Shown: positions 48,103-57,400 of the stretch, one piece after another | How positions within the stretch are numbered: the stretch's first letter is position 1 | Layout: each line of letters starts with the position of its first letter | Source of the DNA: a virus | Direction: 5' to 3' (one strand) | Length of the DNA stretch: 64,000 nt | Virus record (IMG/VR): IMGVR_UViG_3300027872_000001 | Program-made: the position numbers and the translations under genes | The notes under the pieces: generated by a model | Databases searched by the model: none | What the model was told of the DNA's origin: nothing | What the model saw: the letters and a program-made list of their open reading frames with translations, nothing else

Positions 48103-49224
48103 CTACTCCTCCTCTTTTGATGGTTTCTTTTTGAACTCGAACTCACTATGAGATCGGTTCTCGGATACTTCCTGGAGATCCTGCTCAAACTCAGGGTATC
48201 TCCGGAAGGTCTTTTTCAAGAGCTGTTTGCTTGGGGCCAGACCGTTGAGTGGATCCAGTCCGTACTGCTCGTTGAGTTTCATCAGCGCAGCCCTGTCGTA
48301 CTTCCACTTCTCGACAAGATGGAAGTCCAGGACCTCCTCGGTCAGCTCGATCTTCGTGTCCTCTTTGGAGGCAAAGTGCTTGAGGGCTTGCATCATCTTG
48401 GCTGATCGTTTCCTCATCGTCAGGGCTGTCTCAGCCATGCTCGTGGCATCATCGTACTTCTGGACCTGGACGATAGCCTTGCTATCCAAACCAGCGGTAA
48501 TCAAGGGACACTCCAGCTGGCAGTAGTTACATGTGCTGTGACCACCCATGGCCGGGAAGTGATTGTTCTCTATGGCCTCCAGCAAATTGCTTTCCCATCC
48601 CTCGATCTGTGGCTGCACGGCGAGATCCAGCTCGTCTTTGCTGAACTTACGGTCCCGGATCACCCCGAACCTCACGAAGTCCAGGTGGAAGTTGATCTCA
48701 GTCAGGTGCGGGAACACCTTGGAGAGCAACCAAGGGTAGTAAACGGTTTGGATGGTCTCCACGTCAAAGACAGCACGGTTCGTCTTGTAGTCGTAAATGT
48801 CAGCCACGTCTCCAAACATTTCTACACGATCTAGAGTGCCAGAGTAGGGGCTGTATTTGATGGGCGTGTCCGGTGGGACGGGCTTGAAGTCCCAATTCAG
48901 AAGGATGTTGAACTCCGTTGCATAGATCCGCTCCGGGTAGAAGATAGAGCGTTCGCACCAACGATTGATGAGACCCTGACAATCAGGGTAAGCCTTGGCA
49001 ATCTCCTCGGCTTTCGCGTAGTGGGTGTACTGGCCTGTCTCTACAAGGTGGTCCACATATTCTTTAGCGGCCTTATGGAAGTGAGTCCCTCGAACGGAGG
49101 CTTCCGAGTCACCCTTGCGGATCCCTTTGATGTGATGTTGCTGGTAATGGTAAAGGCAGCGAGCGTCAGTGAGAGAGGATTGTCGGATTCGGACTGGAAG
49201 TTCTAGTTCAACTCGCTTCGGCAT
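48103..49224 (-). CDS. PD-(D/E)XK nuclease, Cas4/RecB-exonuclease-like
   Basis: GTLDRVE...ADIYDYKT gives the D...D/ExK motif. A C-terminal Cys cluster CNYCQLECP is typical of Cas4-like nucleases. Confidence 0.7.
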   Translation of the reverse strand: MPKRVELELPVRIRQSSLTDARCLYHYQQHHIKGIRKGDSEASVRGTHFHKAAKEYVDHLVETGQYTHYAKAEEIAKAYPDCQGLINRWCERSIFYPERIYATEFNILLNWDFKPVPPDTPIKYSPYSGTLDRVEMFGDVADIYDYKTNRAVFDVETIQTVYYPWLLSKVFPHLTEINFHLDFVRFGVIRDRKFSKDELDLAVQPQIEGWESNLLEAIENNHFPAMGGHSTCNYCQLECPLITAGLDSKAIVQVQKYDDATSMAETALTMRKRSAKMMQALKHFASKEDTKIELTEEVLDFHLVEKWKYDRAALMKLNEQYGLDPLNGLAPSKQLLKKTFRRYPEFEQDLQEVSENRSHSEFEFKKKPSKEEE

Positions 49225-49233
49225 TGGAAGACC

Positions 49234-50568
49234 TCAAAAGGCCGTCCACTCGGAACCCTGGTCTTCATCATCATGCGGGGGGGGTTCTTCCGGAGGTTCT
49301 TCCGGGAGTTCTTCCTGCTTCGCCTCTTCCTTCTTTTCTTCCTCTTTGGGAGCCGCTTCCTTTTTAGCTGGCTTCAGCTTCTTGATCTGATCCGCTAGCT
49401 CCTTCATCAGCCAGTCAGGATTGGTGATTCCCTGCTCCATCCATTCGGTGACCTGTTTGACGGTGGGCTTCAGCTTTTTGACAGCCTTGAGGACATTGGC
49501 AAGGAACTTCGTTGCAGCTTCCAGGTCCCCGCCGTAGTGGTGCAGCAGCGCATCGTGCTTGGCCTTGGTCAGCTTCATCTTCTTGGACAGCTTGTCGAAC
49601 TCGATAATGTCTTTGTGGTCAGCCTTAGCCTCTGCTGCTGGCTCGGCTTCCTCCGGGGCTTTCCCTTCCGGATAGAACTCAGGCTGTATGACCTTGGCAT
49701 CCTCTTCTTCGGTGAGAGTCACAACGCCGGGAAGCTCCCTGCCTGATCCAAGGGCGTGCACCTTTCGTTCCTGCATGGCCAAGTGAGTCTCCAGCTGGAA
49801 GGACTGCGCTACCATTTCCTCCAGCATCTTCTCGTGATCCTCGGCGCGGAACTCAACGTGCGCAAAAAAAGCATTGGATGTTTTGGTCGCTCCCTTCGAG
49901 TCGCGGTATCGCGCCTGCCCAGGTTTGAGGACAAGGCGTAGCTTCAACCCTGCCAAACGACCTCGCGTGAGCGTGTGGATTCGGTTCAGACCACTGAAGA
50001 TCCTGCGGATCGATTCATACGATGTGGTGTTGAACACGGAGACTGCACCCATGACTCTCTGCTCTGGAATCATGAACCGCAGCTGGCCGTGGGGCTTGCA
50101 CATTTTCTTCTCTAACTCAGGGCAACCATCATCCCCGCAAGGCGTCCAGGGTGCGGACCGCTTGCCTTCGTATTCCTTCAGGAGTTTCGGCCGACCCTTG
50201 ATCTCAGAGAGAACACGCTGCGCTTGCAGCCCGTCACCATGGCATTTCCGCTCTGAGGATCCCCACCATGCGTAGCTGGTCCCAAAGACCTGTTCGATAT
50301 CGTCACTGACAAACTGAATGTTGAAGGACCGGACGGGGATATTGTCCTCGGTTCCCTCTTCCGCGGCCTGTTTGGTTATCAAGAGCTGCTGCAGCTTCTC
50401 GTCAACGATCCAATCTCCACTTGGGTCCTTGGTCTGGAAGCGGAAGTGATCCAGCTTCTTAGGATAGTTCCGTCCCTCTTCCGGAGGTTCACCGATCGAA
50501 ACTTTGGTGATAACGGTCAGCTTCTCGATGGCTTGCCCGTCACGAGTGTGGGTGAGTCCGATAATCAT
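49234..50568 (-). CDS. putative ssDNA-binding / annealing protein (tentative)
   Basis: 444 aa. Cys cluster CHGDG...CGDDGCPELEKKMCKPHG. The acidic C-terminal tail ends in an aromatic residue (PHDDEDQGSEWTAF), as in SSB and T7 gp2.5-type proteins. Sits in a recombination gene context. Confidence 0.3.
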   Translation of the reverse strand: MIIGLTHTRDGQAIEKLTVITKVSIGEPPEEGRNYPKKLDHFRFQTKDPSGDWIVDEKLQQLLITKQAAEEGTEDNIPVRSFNIQFVSDDIEQVFGTSYAWWGSSERKCHGDGLQAQRVLSEIKGRPKLLKEYEGKRSAPWTPCGDDGCPELEKKMCKPHGQLRFMIPEQRVMGAVSVFNTTSYESIRRIFSGLNRIHTLTRGRLAGLKLRLVLKPGQARYRDSKGATKTSNAFFAHVEFRAEDHEKMLEEMVAQSFQLETHLAMQERKVHALGSGRELPGVVTLTEEEDAKVIQPEFYPEGKAPEEAEPAAEAKADHKDIIEFDKLSKKMKLTKAKHDALLHHYGGDLEAATKFLANVLKAVKKLKPTVKQVTEWMEQGITNPDWLMKELADQIKKLKPAKKEAAPKEEEKKEEAKQEELPEEPPEEPPPHDDEDQGSEWTAF

Positions 50569-50840
50569 TCTTTCTCTCCATTCAATGAATTGAGCGTTTT
50601 GACCAAATTCTTTTGCGTGGCTTTTGCCAGTTCGATTTTCTCCCGGAGAGCCAGACGATCAATGGCCTTGATCAGTTTCTTGATGGCACTAGAGTCCAGT
50701 TGCTTACCGCCCTGAGCACGGGCAAGAAGGTAGGAATAGTGCGTGGCATGAAGCCCCGCCTCCTTTGCCAATTCTCCCTTTTTGATTCTGAGTTCGACGC
50801 GAGCATTTTCGATTGCCTGGACAATCTCCATAGAGTTCAT
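50565..50840 (-). CDS. XRE-like HTH protein (tentative)
   Basis: 91 aa. LRIKKGELAKEAGLHATHYSYLL is an HTH-like segment. Confidence 0.45.
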   Translation of the reverse strand: MNSMEIVQAIENARVELRIKKGELAKEAGLHATHYSYLLARAQGGKQLDSSAIKKLIKAIDRLALREKIELAKATQKNLVKTLNSLNGEKE

Positions 50841-50888
50841 TGTGAACCTCCTAATTCTAATTCAAGAACTTTAACGTGGCAATTAAAG

Positions 50889-51272
50889 TTATTTAATATC
50901 CTTGAGTTCTAAAAGTTCCCACCGATCCTTAGCTTTCAACAACTCCCCTTCTTCCACAATCTCTCCATCATGAGTGAGCTGATAAAAGTATTGCACCTTT
51001 AGCCCACTCACTTCCTTTGCTTTTTGGATCTTGGAAGGAACTGATTGTTGGAACGGCTTTACTTTCTCCAGCGGTGGTGGGGTTTCCTTCTCCGGAAATT
51101 GGGCGGCAAACTCTTCCTTGGTACCCTCGAACGAGAACACTACGTCTGCTGGATCTGTCGCCAGGCCTACAGTGGAAGGCTTCTTCTTCGTGAGAGCCTT
51201 TGCTATAAGAGCAGCCTCGAATTGATCGTCGGTGACGTTGATAAAAGCGTCAGTTGTGTTGACGTTCTTCAC
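50889..51272 (-). CDS. hypothetical protein
   Basis: ORF track, 127 aa. ATGA overlap. Confidence 0.55.
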   Translation of the reverse strand: MKNVNTTDAFINVTDDQFEAALIAKALTKKKPSTVGLATDPADVVFSFEGTKEEFAAQFPEKETPPPLEKVKPFQQSVPSKIQKAKEVSGLKVQYFYQLTHDGEIVEEGELLKAKDRWELLELKDIK

Positions 51273-51532
51273 AGCTTTTCGCAGGGACAGACTTGCTTGA
51301 TTACTTTGTGGAGATAATTTCCTTTGGAGGGGGAATCCATGAAGGCTGTAAAGACGACTGAGTCCACATTGGAATATCGGTAACGCGATCCATTATTAAA
51401 CTCGATGAACATCACTTGGTTTTCATCATCATATTCCGCATTGAGGATATGGCCGGAGGCAATAGGGATCTTCTTTAGAACCTTCTCTGGGGTCTGGGGG
51501 ATTCCCTGCGGGGTCTCTTCTTCGTCAGCCAT
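51269..51532 (-). CDS. KTSC-domain protein
   Basis: IASGHILNAEYDDENQVMFIEFNNGSRYRYSNVDSVVFTAFMDSPSKGNYLHKVI fits the KTSC pattern (S.hh..h.Yd.....L.h.F..G..Y.Y..V....h..h...S.G.Yh...I). Confidence 0.6.
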   Translation of the reverse strand: MADEEETPQGIPQTPEKVLKKIPIASGHILNAEYDDENQVMFIEFNNGSRYRYSNVDSVVFTAFMDSPSKGNYLHKVIKQVCPCEKL

Positions 51533-51558
51533 TGAAATAATTTAACACCGAAGGCGGG

Positions 51559-52455
51559 CTACCTCAAGATGATTCGTATCAACCTCTGTGCACCGATGCC
51601 AGCTGCAACCAGGGCTCCGTCCCTCCCACCAATGGCTACGGCCGTGGCAGCGAGACCCCCTTCGATGGCAAGATCCTTGGCGCCACCCCAAATCAGACGC
51701 TTCTTGTAGTTGGCAATCTGTTCTTCCTGGAGGGTGTTCTTGACCCCTCTGGCATCGGCCAGCTCGTTGGTGATCGTCAGGGATTCGACCAGGGCAAGGC
51801 GGGTCAGCTCATGCTGGTCGACCTCTCGTAGAGCTGACGCAAGGGAAGCGTCCAGGCCCTCGTTGATCACGATCAGGCCAGCGTTCTCCTCATTCAGATT
51901 GGTGAGCATGAAACGATTGAGCTCAACCTCCTGCAGGGCCTCCTGGACGCTCTCGGCGGCTTCCCGATCCAGAACGTGATCGACCCCGAACAGCTTGACA
52001 GAGATTTGGTCGCGGTGAGGAAAAAGTGCCAGCAGCCTGTCCCGATTGGCAAGGGCCAGATCGGTATCATCTGTGGTGTCAATGGCAGCTATAGACTCAA
52101 CCGATTCGACAACGGCTTCGTCCCGGGCGGTGCGGAGCCGACGGTTCTCTTGCTCAGCCTGGATGCGCCTGGTCCTCTCCTGAGCCCGGAACTGAGCCTC
52201 TCGGTCCTTGGCTATGGCAAGGGCTTCGTTCTCGGCCAGAAGGTTGGCATCGTCGCGCTTCTTTTGGTCAATGATCTCCTCGATCTTCTCGGTCCAGAGG
52301 TCAATCTCTGCCTGTTTCTCACGGATAGCCCGGCCAGCCCCGGCACTCTGCCAAGCTGTCCAGACCACAAAGATGCCAGCAATGATGATGATCCAGACAA
52401 AGATGGGCCACTCGCGGGGGGATCTGACGATGGGCATCCGGACTTCGTTTGTCAT
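51559..52455 (-). CDS. membrane-anchored coiled-coil protein
   Basis: 298 aa. TM segment WPIFVWIIIIAGIFVVWTAW followed by a long helical region. The start is preceded by the palindrome 52457..52472, with no SD. Confidence 0.6.
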   Translation of the reverse strand: MTNEVRMPIVRSPREWPIFVWIIIIAGIFVVWTAWQSAGAGRAIREKQAEIDLWTEKIEEIIDQKKRDDANLLAENEALAIAKDREAQFRAQERTRRIQAEQENRRLRTARDEAVVESVESIAAIDTTDDTDLALANRDRLLALFPHRDQISVKLFGVDHVLDREAAESVQEALQEVELNRFMLTNLNEENAGLIVINEGLDASLASALREVDQHELTRLALVESLTITNELADARGVKNTLQEEQIANYKKRLIWGGAKDLAIEGGLAATAVAIGGRDGALVAAGIGAQRLIRIILR

Positions 52456-52778
52456 AGTACAGGCGTCTGTACTCGATCAAGTTGCCATTGCCATTTGGTT
52501 TCGTCCAGTTCTTCGTTCCATTGCTTGAGCGTCCACCCTCGCGTGTCTAGAGACTTGGCCGTGGCAAGGCATTTATCAGCCATTGTTTCAACCAAACTAC
52601 GGTGTGGCGACCACAAGTTGGGTAATCGCTCTCTGTAGTATTGAGGGTTGGCTGTAAAAACCGTCGATCCATCTGATCCCCCGAGAGGAACGGCGCGAAC
52701 CAAGTAGATCTGTTTGAACGAGGCCAACAGAGCCAGAGGGCTGACAGTAAAGAGTTTAAGTAGTGTTCTTCTCAGCAT
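52452..52778 (-). CDS. hypothetical exported protein
   Basis: 108 aa. N-terminal hydrophobic LLKLFTVSPLALLASF. Confidence 0.55.
   Translation of the reverse strand: MLRRTLLKLFTVSPLALLASFKQIYLVRAVPLGGSDGSTVFTANPQYYRERLPNLWSPHRSLVETMADKCLATAKSLDTRGWTLKQWNEELDETKWQWQLDRVQTPVL
52457..52472. promoter_or_regulatory. inverted repeat GTACAG-ACGC-CTGTAC, 1 nt upstream of a start codon (copy 3)
   Basis: Plus strand gtacaggcgtctgtac, identical to 2510..2525. Overlaps the last codons of 52452..52778. Confidence 0.6.
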
Positions 52779-52781
52779 TTC

Positions 52782-53018
52782 CTACGGCACTGGCGGGTCG
52801 GGTTCACTGTGGTCAACGGGCCTTCGTCGCCGGGGACCATGCCCGTTGCTGACCCAATCCGCTGCGACCTTGGCTCCAGCATACAAGCCGAGGACCGCGA
52901 TCACAACCGTCACCCAGGAGCTTTCCCCGATGTAGTCCATGACCAGGAACACTGAGGCTGTGGCAAAGACCAACAAGCTCAAGGCCAGCTTGGTCCTGCT
53001 TCGGGCGAACCCTCTCAT
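52782..53018 (-). CDS. two-TM small membrane protein (holin candidate)
   Basis: 78 aa. LALSLLVFATASVFLVMDYI and WVTVVIAVLGLYAGAKVAA. ATGA overlap with the endolysin gene. Confidence 0.55.
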   Translation of the reverse strand: MRGFARSRTKLALSLLVFATASVFLVMDYIGESSWVTVVIAVLGLYAGAKVAADWVSNGHGPRRRRPVDHSEPDPPVP

Positions 53019-53641
53019 GGCTCCTTGGTCCCATAGCGTAGGGCTTCCTCGACACTCGGCCGCTGCACCTTGGGGCTGGAGAAGCTGCTGATCAGAAGGA
53101 TCTCTCGCTTGCTCTGTCGCTTGGAGGCTGCAACGTGGACCCAGGCCGGCTGACCGAAGTCTGGGCCGAACTCGTGAATGAGCTGGTCGATATCGAATCC
53201 TTCCAAGCGCAGACAGATCACGGCAAAGAGGTAGAAGTTCGCGTTGACTCCGTGACGGACCTCAAAGCCCGTCTTCTCCCGGATCTGCTCCTCGATCCTC
53301 CAACGGATCAGGGCGGTATCTGGATCACTGAGGAAGTTCCGGGACACCCCCAGGTCCCCGGCCTCACCGATAAGGTGCTGCGAAGATGGAGTGCTGCCTA
53401 CGGCCTCGTTGACTCCCGGACCTCGGTAGCCACTGGACACCCTGATCGGATAGGAGAGGGCGTTGCGTATAGGCTGGATGGCTGTCTCAACCAGGTACTC
53501 CAGGCTCTCCACGACCTTGTCGGGGGGATTGAACTGCTCCTCCATCCACTCATCGTTACGCTCTGCCGTTTGAGATCGGAGGAACTCATGCAGCGTGAAG
53601 TGAGAAGAGAGGTTGCGGTTACCAATCACTCGAGTTCGCAC
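53015..53641 (-). CDS. peptidase M15 (VanY / D-Ala-D-Ala carboxypeptidase-like) endolysin
   Basis: VSSGYRGPGVNEAVGSTPSSQHLIGEAGD gives the SxHxxGxAxD motif, with a distal ...PAWVHVA His. Confidence 0.75.
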   Translation of the reverse strand: MRTRVIGNRNLSSHFTLHEFLRSQTAERNDEWMEEQFNPPDKVVESLEYLVETAIQPIRNALSYPIRVSSGYRGPGVNEAVGSTPSSQHLIGEAGDLGVSRNFLSDPDTALIRWRIEEQIREKTGFEVRHGVNANFYLFAVICLRLEGFDIDQLIHEFGPDFGQPAWVHVAASKRQSKREILLISSFSSPKVQRPSVEEALRYGTKEP

Positions 53642-53865
53642 TGACTGAGGATATCTTCGCTGTCCTCGTCTACCTCAGCCGTTCCGTTGTAGGTCCAGGT
53701 CGTAGGGGCCGGGTCCAATTCCTCGGGACACCATACTACCGAGCCGCCGTCCTCAGACGTATAGACGTGGACGGTGACCAGTACTGCCGGGGCAGCTGGC
53801 CCTCCATTACAGCCCGAAAAACCCATTAGGACAGTCACTAAAATTAGCTTGTTGACTAAATTCAT
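53626..53865 (-). CDS. small lipoprotein (o-spanin candidate)
   Basis: MNLVNKLILVTVLMGFSGC carries a lipobox. 79 aa. Overlaps the endolysin start. Confidence 0.6.
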   Translation of the reverse strand: MNLVNKLILVTVLMGFSGCNGGPAAPAVLVTVHVYTSEDGGSVVWCPEELDPAPTTWTYNGTAEVDEDSEDILSQCELE

Positions 53866-53874
53866 GATCCCTCC

Positions 53875-54423
53875 TTAGTCGTCGTCTTTTTTGGTCTCAA
53901 CATGAACCGGCTCCAAGGCCACGTCGATCTCGCTGCCTGAAGCCTCCAGTGCCTCGCCAGCCCTTTTACTCAGGCGCATCAAGATATCGGGGTCATCCCG
54001 GAAGGAACGCTCCTCGATCTTGACCTTTACTCGCACGTCACCAGGATCGGTGTAATTGGTGATCCAGACTTCCTGGCCTGGACGGAATCTCAAGGCTTGC
54101 GACTTGGTATTGATGGCCGCGCTCAGCTCGTCACCTGTGGTCCGGACCTGGGCGATCCCGGTCAGCATCTTGAGGTAGGTCAGGTCTTGCTGGATCTGCT
54201 GGAGCTGCCTCTCCTCCTCGACATTGTGAGCGTTCATGGCTGTCGTCATTGTGGCGATCTGGGCAGCGTTATCCTTTGACCTGCCCACAGCTCCCCAAAT
54301 GTCACTACCCCAGGCGAAGGCTGCACCCCCGCTGCCGCTGCCGACAAGCAGCCAAATGATAACTCTCAAGCTCATGTTTTCCACGACCTTGGTTTTGAAG
54401 CTTTTGTGGTTAATGTCATTCAT
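53875..54423 (-). CDS. N-terminally anchored coiled-coil protein (i-spanin candidate)
   Basis: 182 aa. TM segment VIIWLLVGSGSGGAAFAW followed by a helical region EEERQLQQIQQDLTYLKML. Confidence 0.5.
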   Translation of the reverse strand: MNDINHKSFKTKVVENMSLRVIIWLLVGSGSGGAAFAWGSDIWGAVGRSKDNAAQIATMTTAMNAHNVEEERQLQQIQQDLTYLKMLTGIAQVRTTGDELSAAINTKSQALRFRPGQEVWITNYTDPGDVRVKVKIEERSFRDDPDILMRLSKRAGEALEASGSEIDVALEPVHVETKKDDD

Positions 54424-54441
54424 ACAAACCTCCTTCTTCGG

Positions 54442-57400
54442 CTAGGGGGTTGGTGGTAGTTCGGTCGGGACTTCCGGTGTGACCGGAATATTTTCCGGAG
54501 TTACCGGAATTGGTTCCATCTGCATCCTCGCTCCGGAACGAGTGGCTTTGAATCTGGATTGATTTCTCTCCCAATACAGTTGGTTGAGTTGGGTGTTTAT
54601 CTCCTCCAGGTTTTTTACGCCTGGCATAGCTCTTGCAGCTTCGAGAAGACTTATTTTCATCCTTAAACTGTCCAGCCTTTGGGCAATGTTTTTTATGTCC
54701 ATTGAGGGGCCAGGCTGCTCTTGAATGACTTTCAATTTGGACCAAAAAGCCGCTGGATCTTCATCTACGAGTTGAGCTTCGATGGCAGCATCCGTCGCTG
54801 CTTCGTATTTGTCGCCCAATTCCATGTTCACTCGACCCGCTGCATACGCCAGCATCTCATCTGGGTTCGGCGCGATACCTTTTTTGTCCACAGCGTCCCG
54901 AGCAATGTGCCTCTTTGCGACATTGAAATCCGAGACTTTCTGTTTCTGTTTCACAGGATCCAAAGCTCGCTGCACATGGTTAATCATGATTATGGTGTCG
55001 TGGGCGTCCTCCAACACTTGTCTGTAGTGCCGCTGATTGGTTGTTTCCGACTCCCCTTTATTCTTTTGGCCGTTGAATCGCCGTTGTTCCCGCGACAAAT
55101 CCTCGTAGAAAGTGTCAACAGCCAAAGATCGTCTTCCCTCACGCCCACCTGGACGCACTAGCGAACTGAGTATGGGTACTCCTTCGAGCTCCTTAAGGGA
55201 AATCCTTCGACTTGGAACACCTAGACCTAGAGTGTCTAAAATGTCAGGACCAAGCCCTCCAAAGAAACCTCTAATCGCATGGTCTATCCTTCTCGGGGAA
55301 GCCTGATTGGGAAACATATCACCAAGCATTCCAGCGAGTTTTGAGGTATAAGGTCCACGTTGGTCGCCGGGGGGATCGTTCAACTCACCGATGGGAACGA
55401 TTGGGGAGTTTGTGAAAAACCGCTCGTTCGCAAATTGCTCCAGGACTACGTCCGGAATGACCGGGAGTGCCGCAGGATTTACTTGTTCCGACCATTGACC
55501 GAAGACTTCTATAATAGCTTCAGGATCTTGCCGATACATAGCGTCCCAGATTGCCTCCGGAACCGCAGTAAAGATAGTTCCCCATTCAAAGCCTCGTGGA
55601 ATTTGCCAGATGTGTTTGCCATCGTCGATGTTCCAGTAGGTGAATCGCTCCCAATAGGGCATGTCCGTGTACCACTCTTCGTCCTTGTTCAACCACCAAA
55701 GCGCAAGGGTGAGACTGGTCAAGCCCATCACTCCTCGAATGACCGTCCTTTTCGGCTTGCTCTTGAACGTCCTGAGTGTGAGGCGAGTACCTTGAATCTG
55801 TGCATTGAAGAACGGAACGGCCTGGTTGACTGCCTGGCCGACGCTTCCTCCTGCGGAGAAATCAACGGTGACCCGCTTTGTATCCAAGAGCAGCTGCAAG
55901 GATTGGGCGAAGGACATGGGTTGCCCTGGCTTCCAGCCCATTTCTTTTGCCCGAAGTTTCAGTTCGGCTGTTCTTGTGGCTGACTCTGGGATCTGCATGA
56001 TCTCTCGTAAGTGATCAATAGGGTTCGTGACGACCTTCATAACCCGTCCTCGGAATAATCTCTTAGCGGCTCTCCTGGTAAATCGAATGTCTATACCAAG
56101 AGGCTGAGAGACTTCCGCTCCAAGCCGACGCATCAGATCGTAATGTTCTGATTGTTTTCCATGCCTAATAATGTCCTGCATCTGGAAGGTCCAGGCAGCG
56201 GCCAGCTCTGCTGGATTGGCATTACTCGCTGTCTGCATGAAAAAGGTCTGAAGATCTCGGGCGGGATTCCGTACCCAGGCAAAGGAAGCCCGTAATCCAG
56301 TCGTTCCAAGACGGAACAATCTCGCCGGTTTACCGAGGACAATATCCCATCCTTTAGGAAGGCGGTAAACATCCAACCCCGACAAGGACGCGTACAGTTC
56401 CGGATCAATCTGAAACCATCTTACGACTCCGTTTTCCACAAGCGGAATGATCGGGTCCATCCCTTTCGGGTGTTGAGCGGGGATGAAAAAAGTCAGGATC
56501 GAATCCAGGGTTTCTTCGGGGGATTCTAGTTTCTGGAATCCCTCAGCCTTGAGCAGAACATCTTCTGCTGTTTCACCGATTTCGATTCCCTTTTGTTTCA
56601 GAACACCAAGAACCTGTGCCGTACTTATGGTGACTGGAACAACCCCACGATCGACTTCCTCGATCATATGGCCCATTCCTTCGATGTGTCTCAACTTCAG
56701 GATTTGATCAATGATAATTCGTTGATGGGTTTTAAGGATGATATTTGTAGCATTCTCTATCATCACTTCAAAGGGATCTCTGATTCTGCGCCCGGAACCT
56801 CTCATTCTGTTGGTGATGCTTCCGGTCGACCATCCCCCGCGAAGTCTCCTGACGTAGCCAGAGTCTATATCGTCCAACACGCGGGCCAAGGGGATGTAGT
56901 CTTGGCTTCCCTCTATGATTTTATCGAGGGCTTGCTGTGTGATTAAACCACCTTGAACAGCGTAATTGAGTACCCCCCGATTCCACTCATAGACCTTCTG
57001 GGCAGCTCTCTGAAATTCCGGAGTCTCAAAATGTTCTACAAGAAATTCAGCATCGTTTTTCGAGATTCCAGGGTTCTTATTCTCCTTCCATCTTTCTATG
57101 GCACGCCTACCCCAGAGATAAAGAGTAAATTCTTCTCTCTGATCTTTCACCAAGGCTCCAGCATCTTCCAGACTCGGCCCAACAGGAACGCCAGCGATAT
57201 TGATCATATGATCTTCAACCATGTAGGCCGCTCTTGCAGTATGGGTGTGGCGAAGGGCATGAAATGTCAACTCTGGATTTTCCTCAATCGCTATCCCTGA
57301 TCCTTTCAGGGTTGTAGCAATGCTGGTCAAATGCTCATATGCGGATCCGGCCTCGACCCATTTTTGATAGGAGAACAGATCCAGGATTGAAAGAAGTCTC

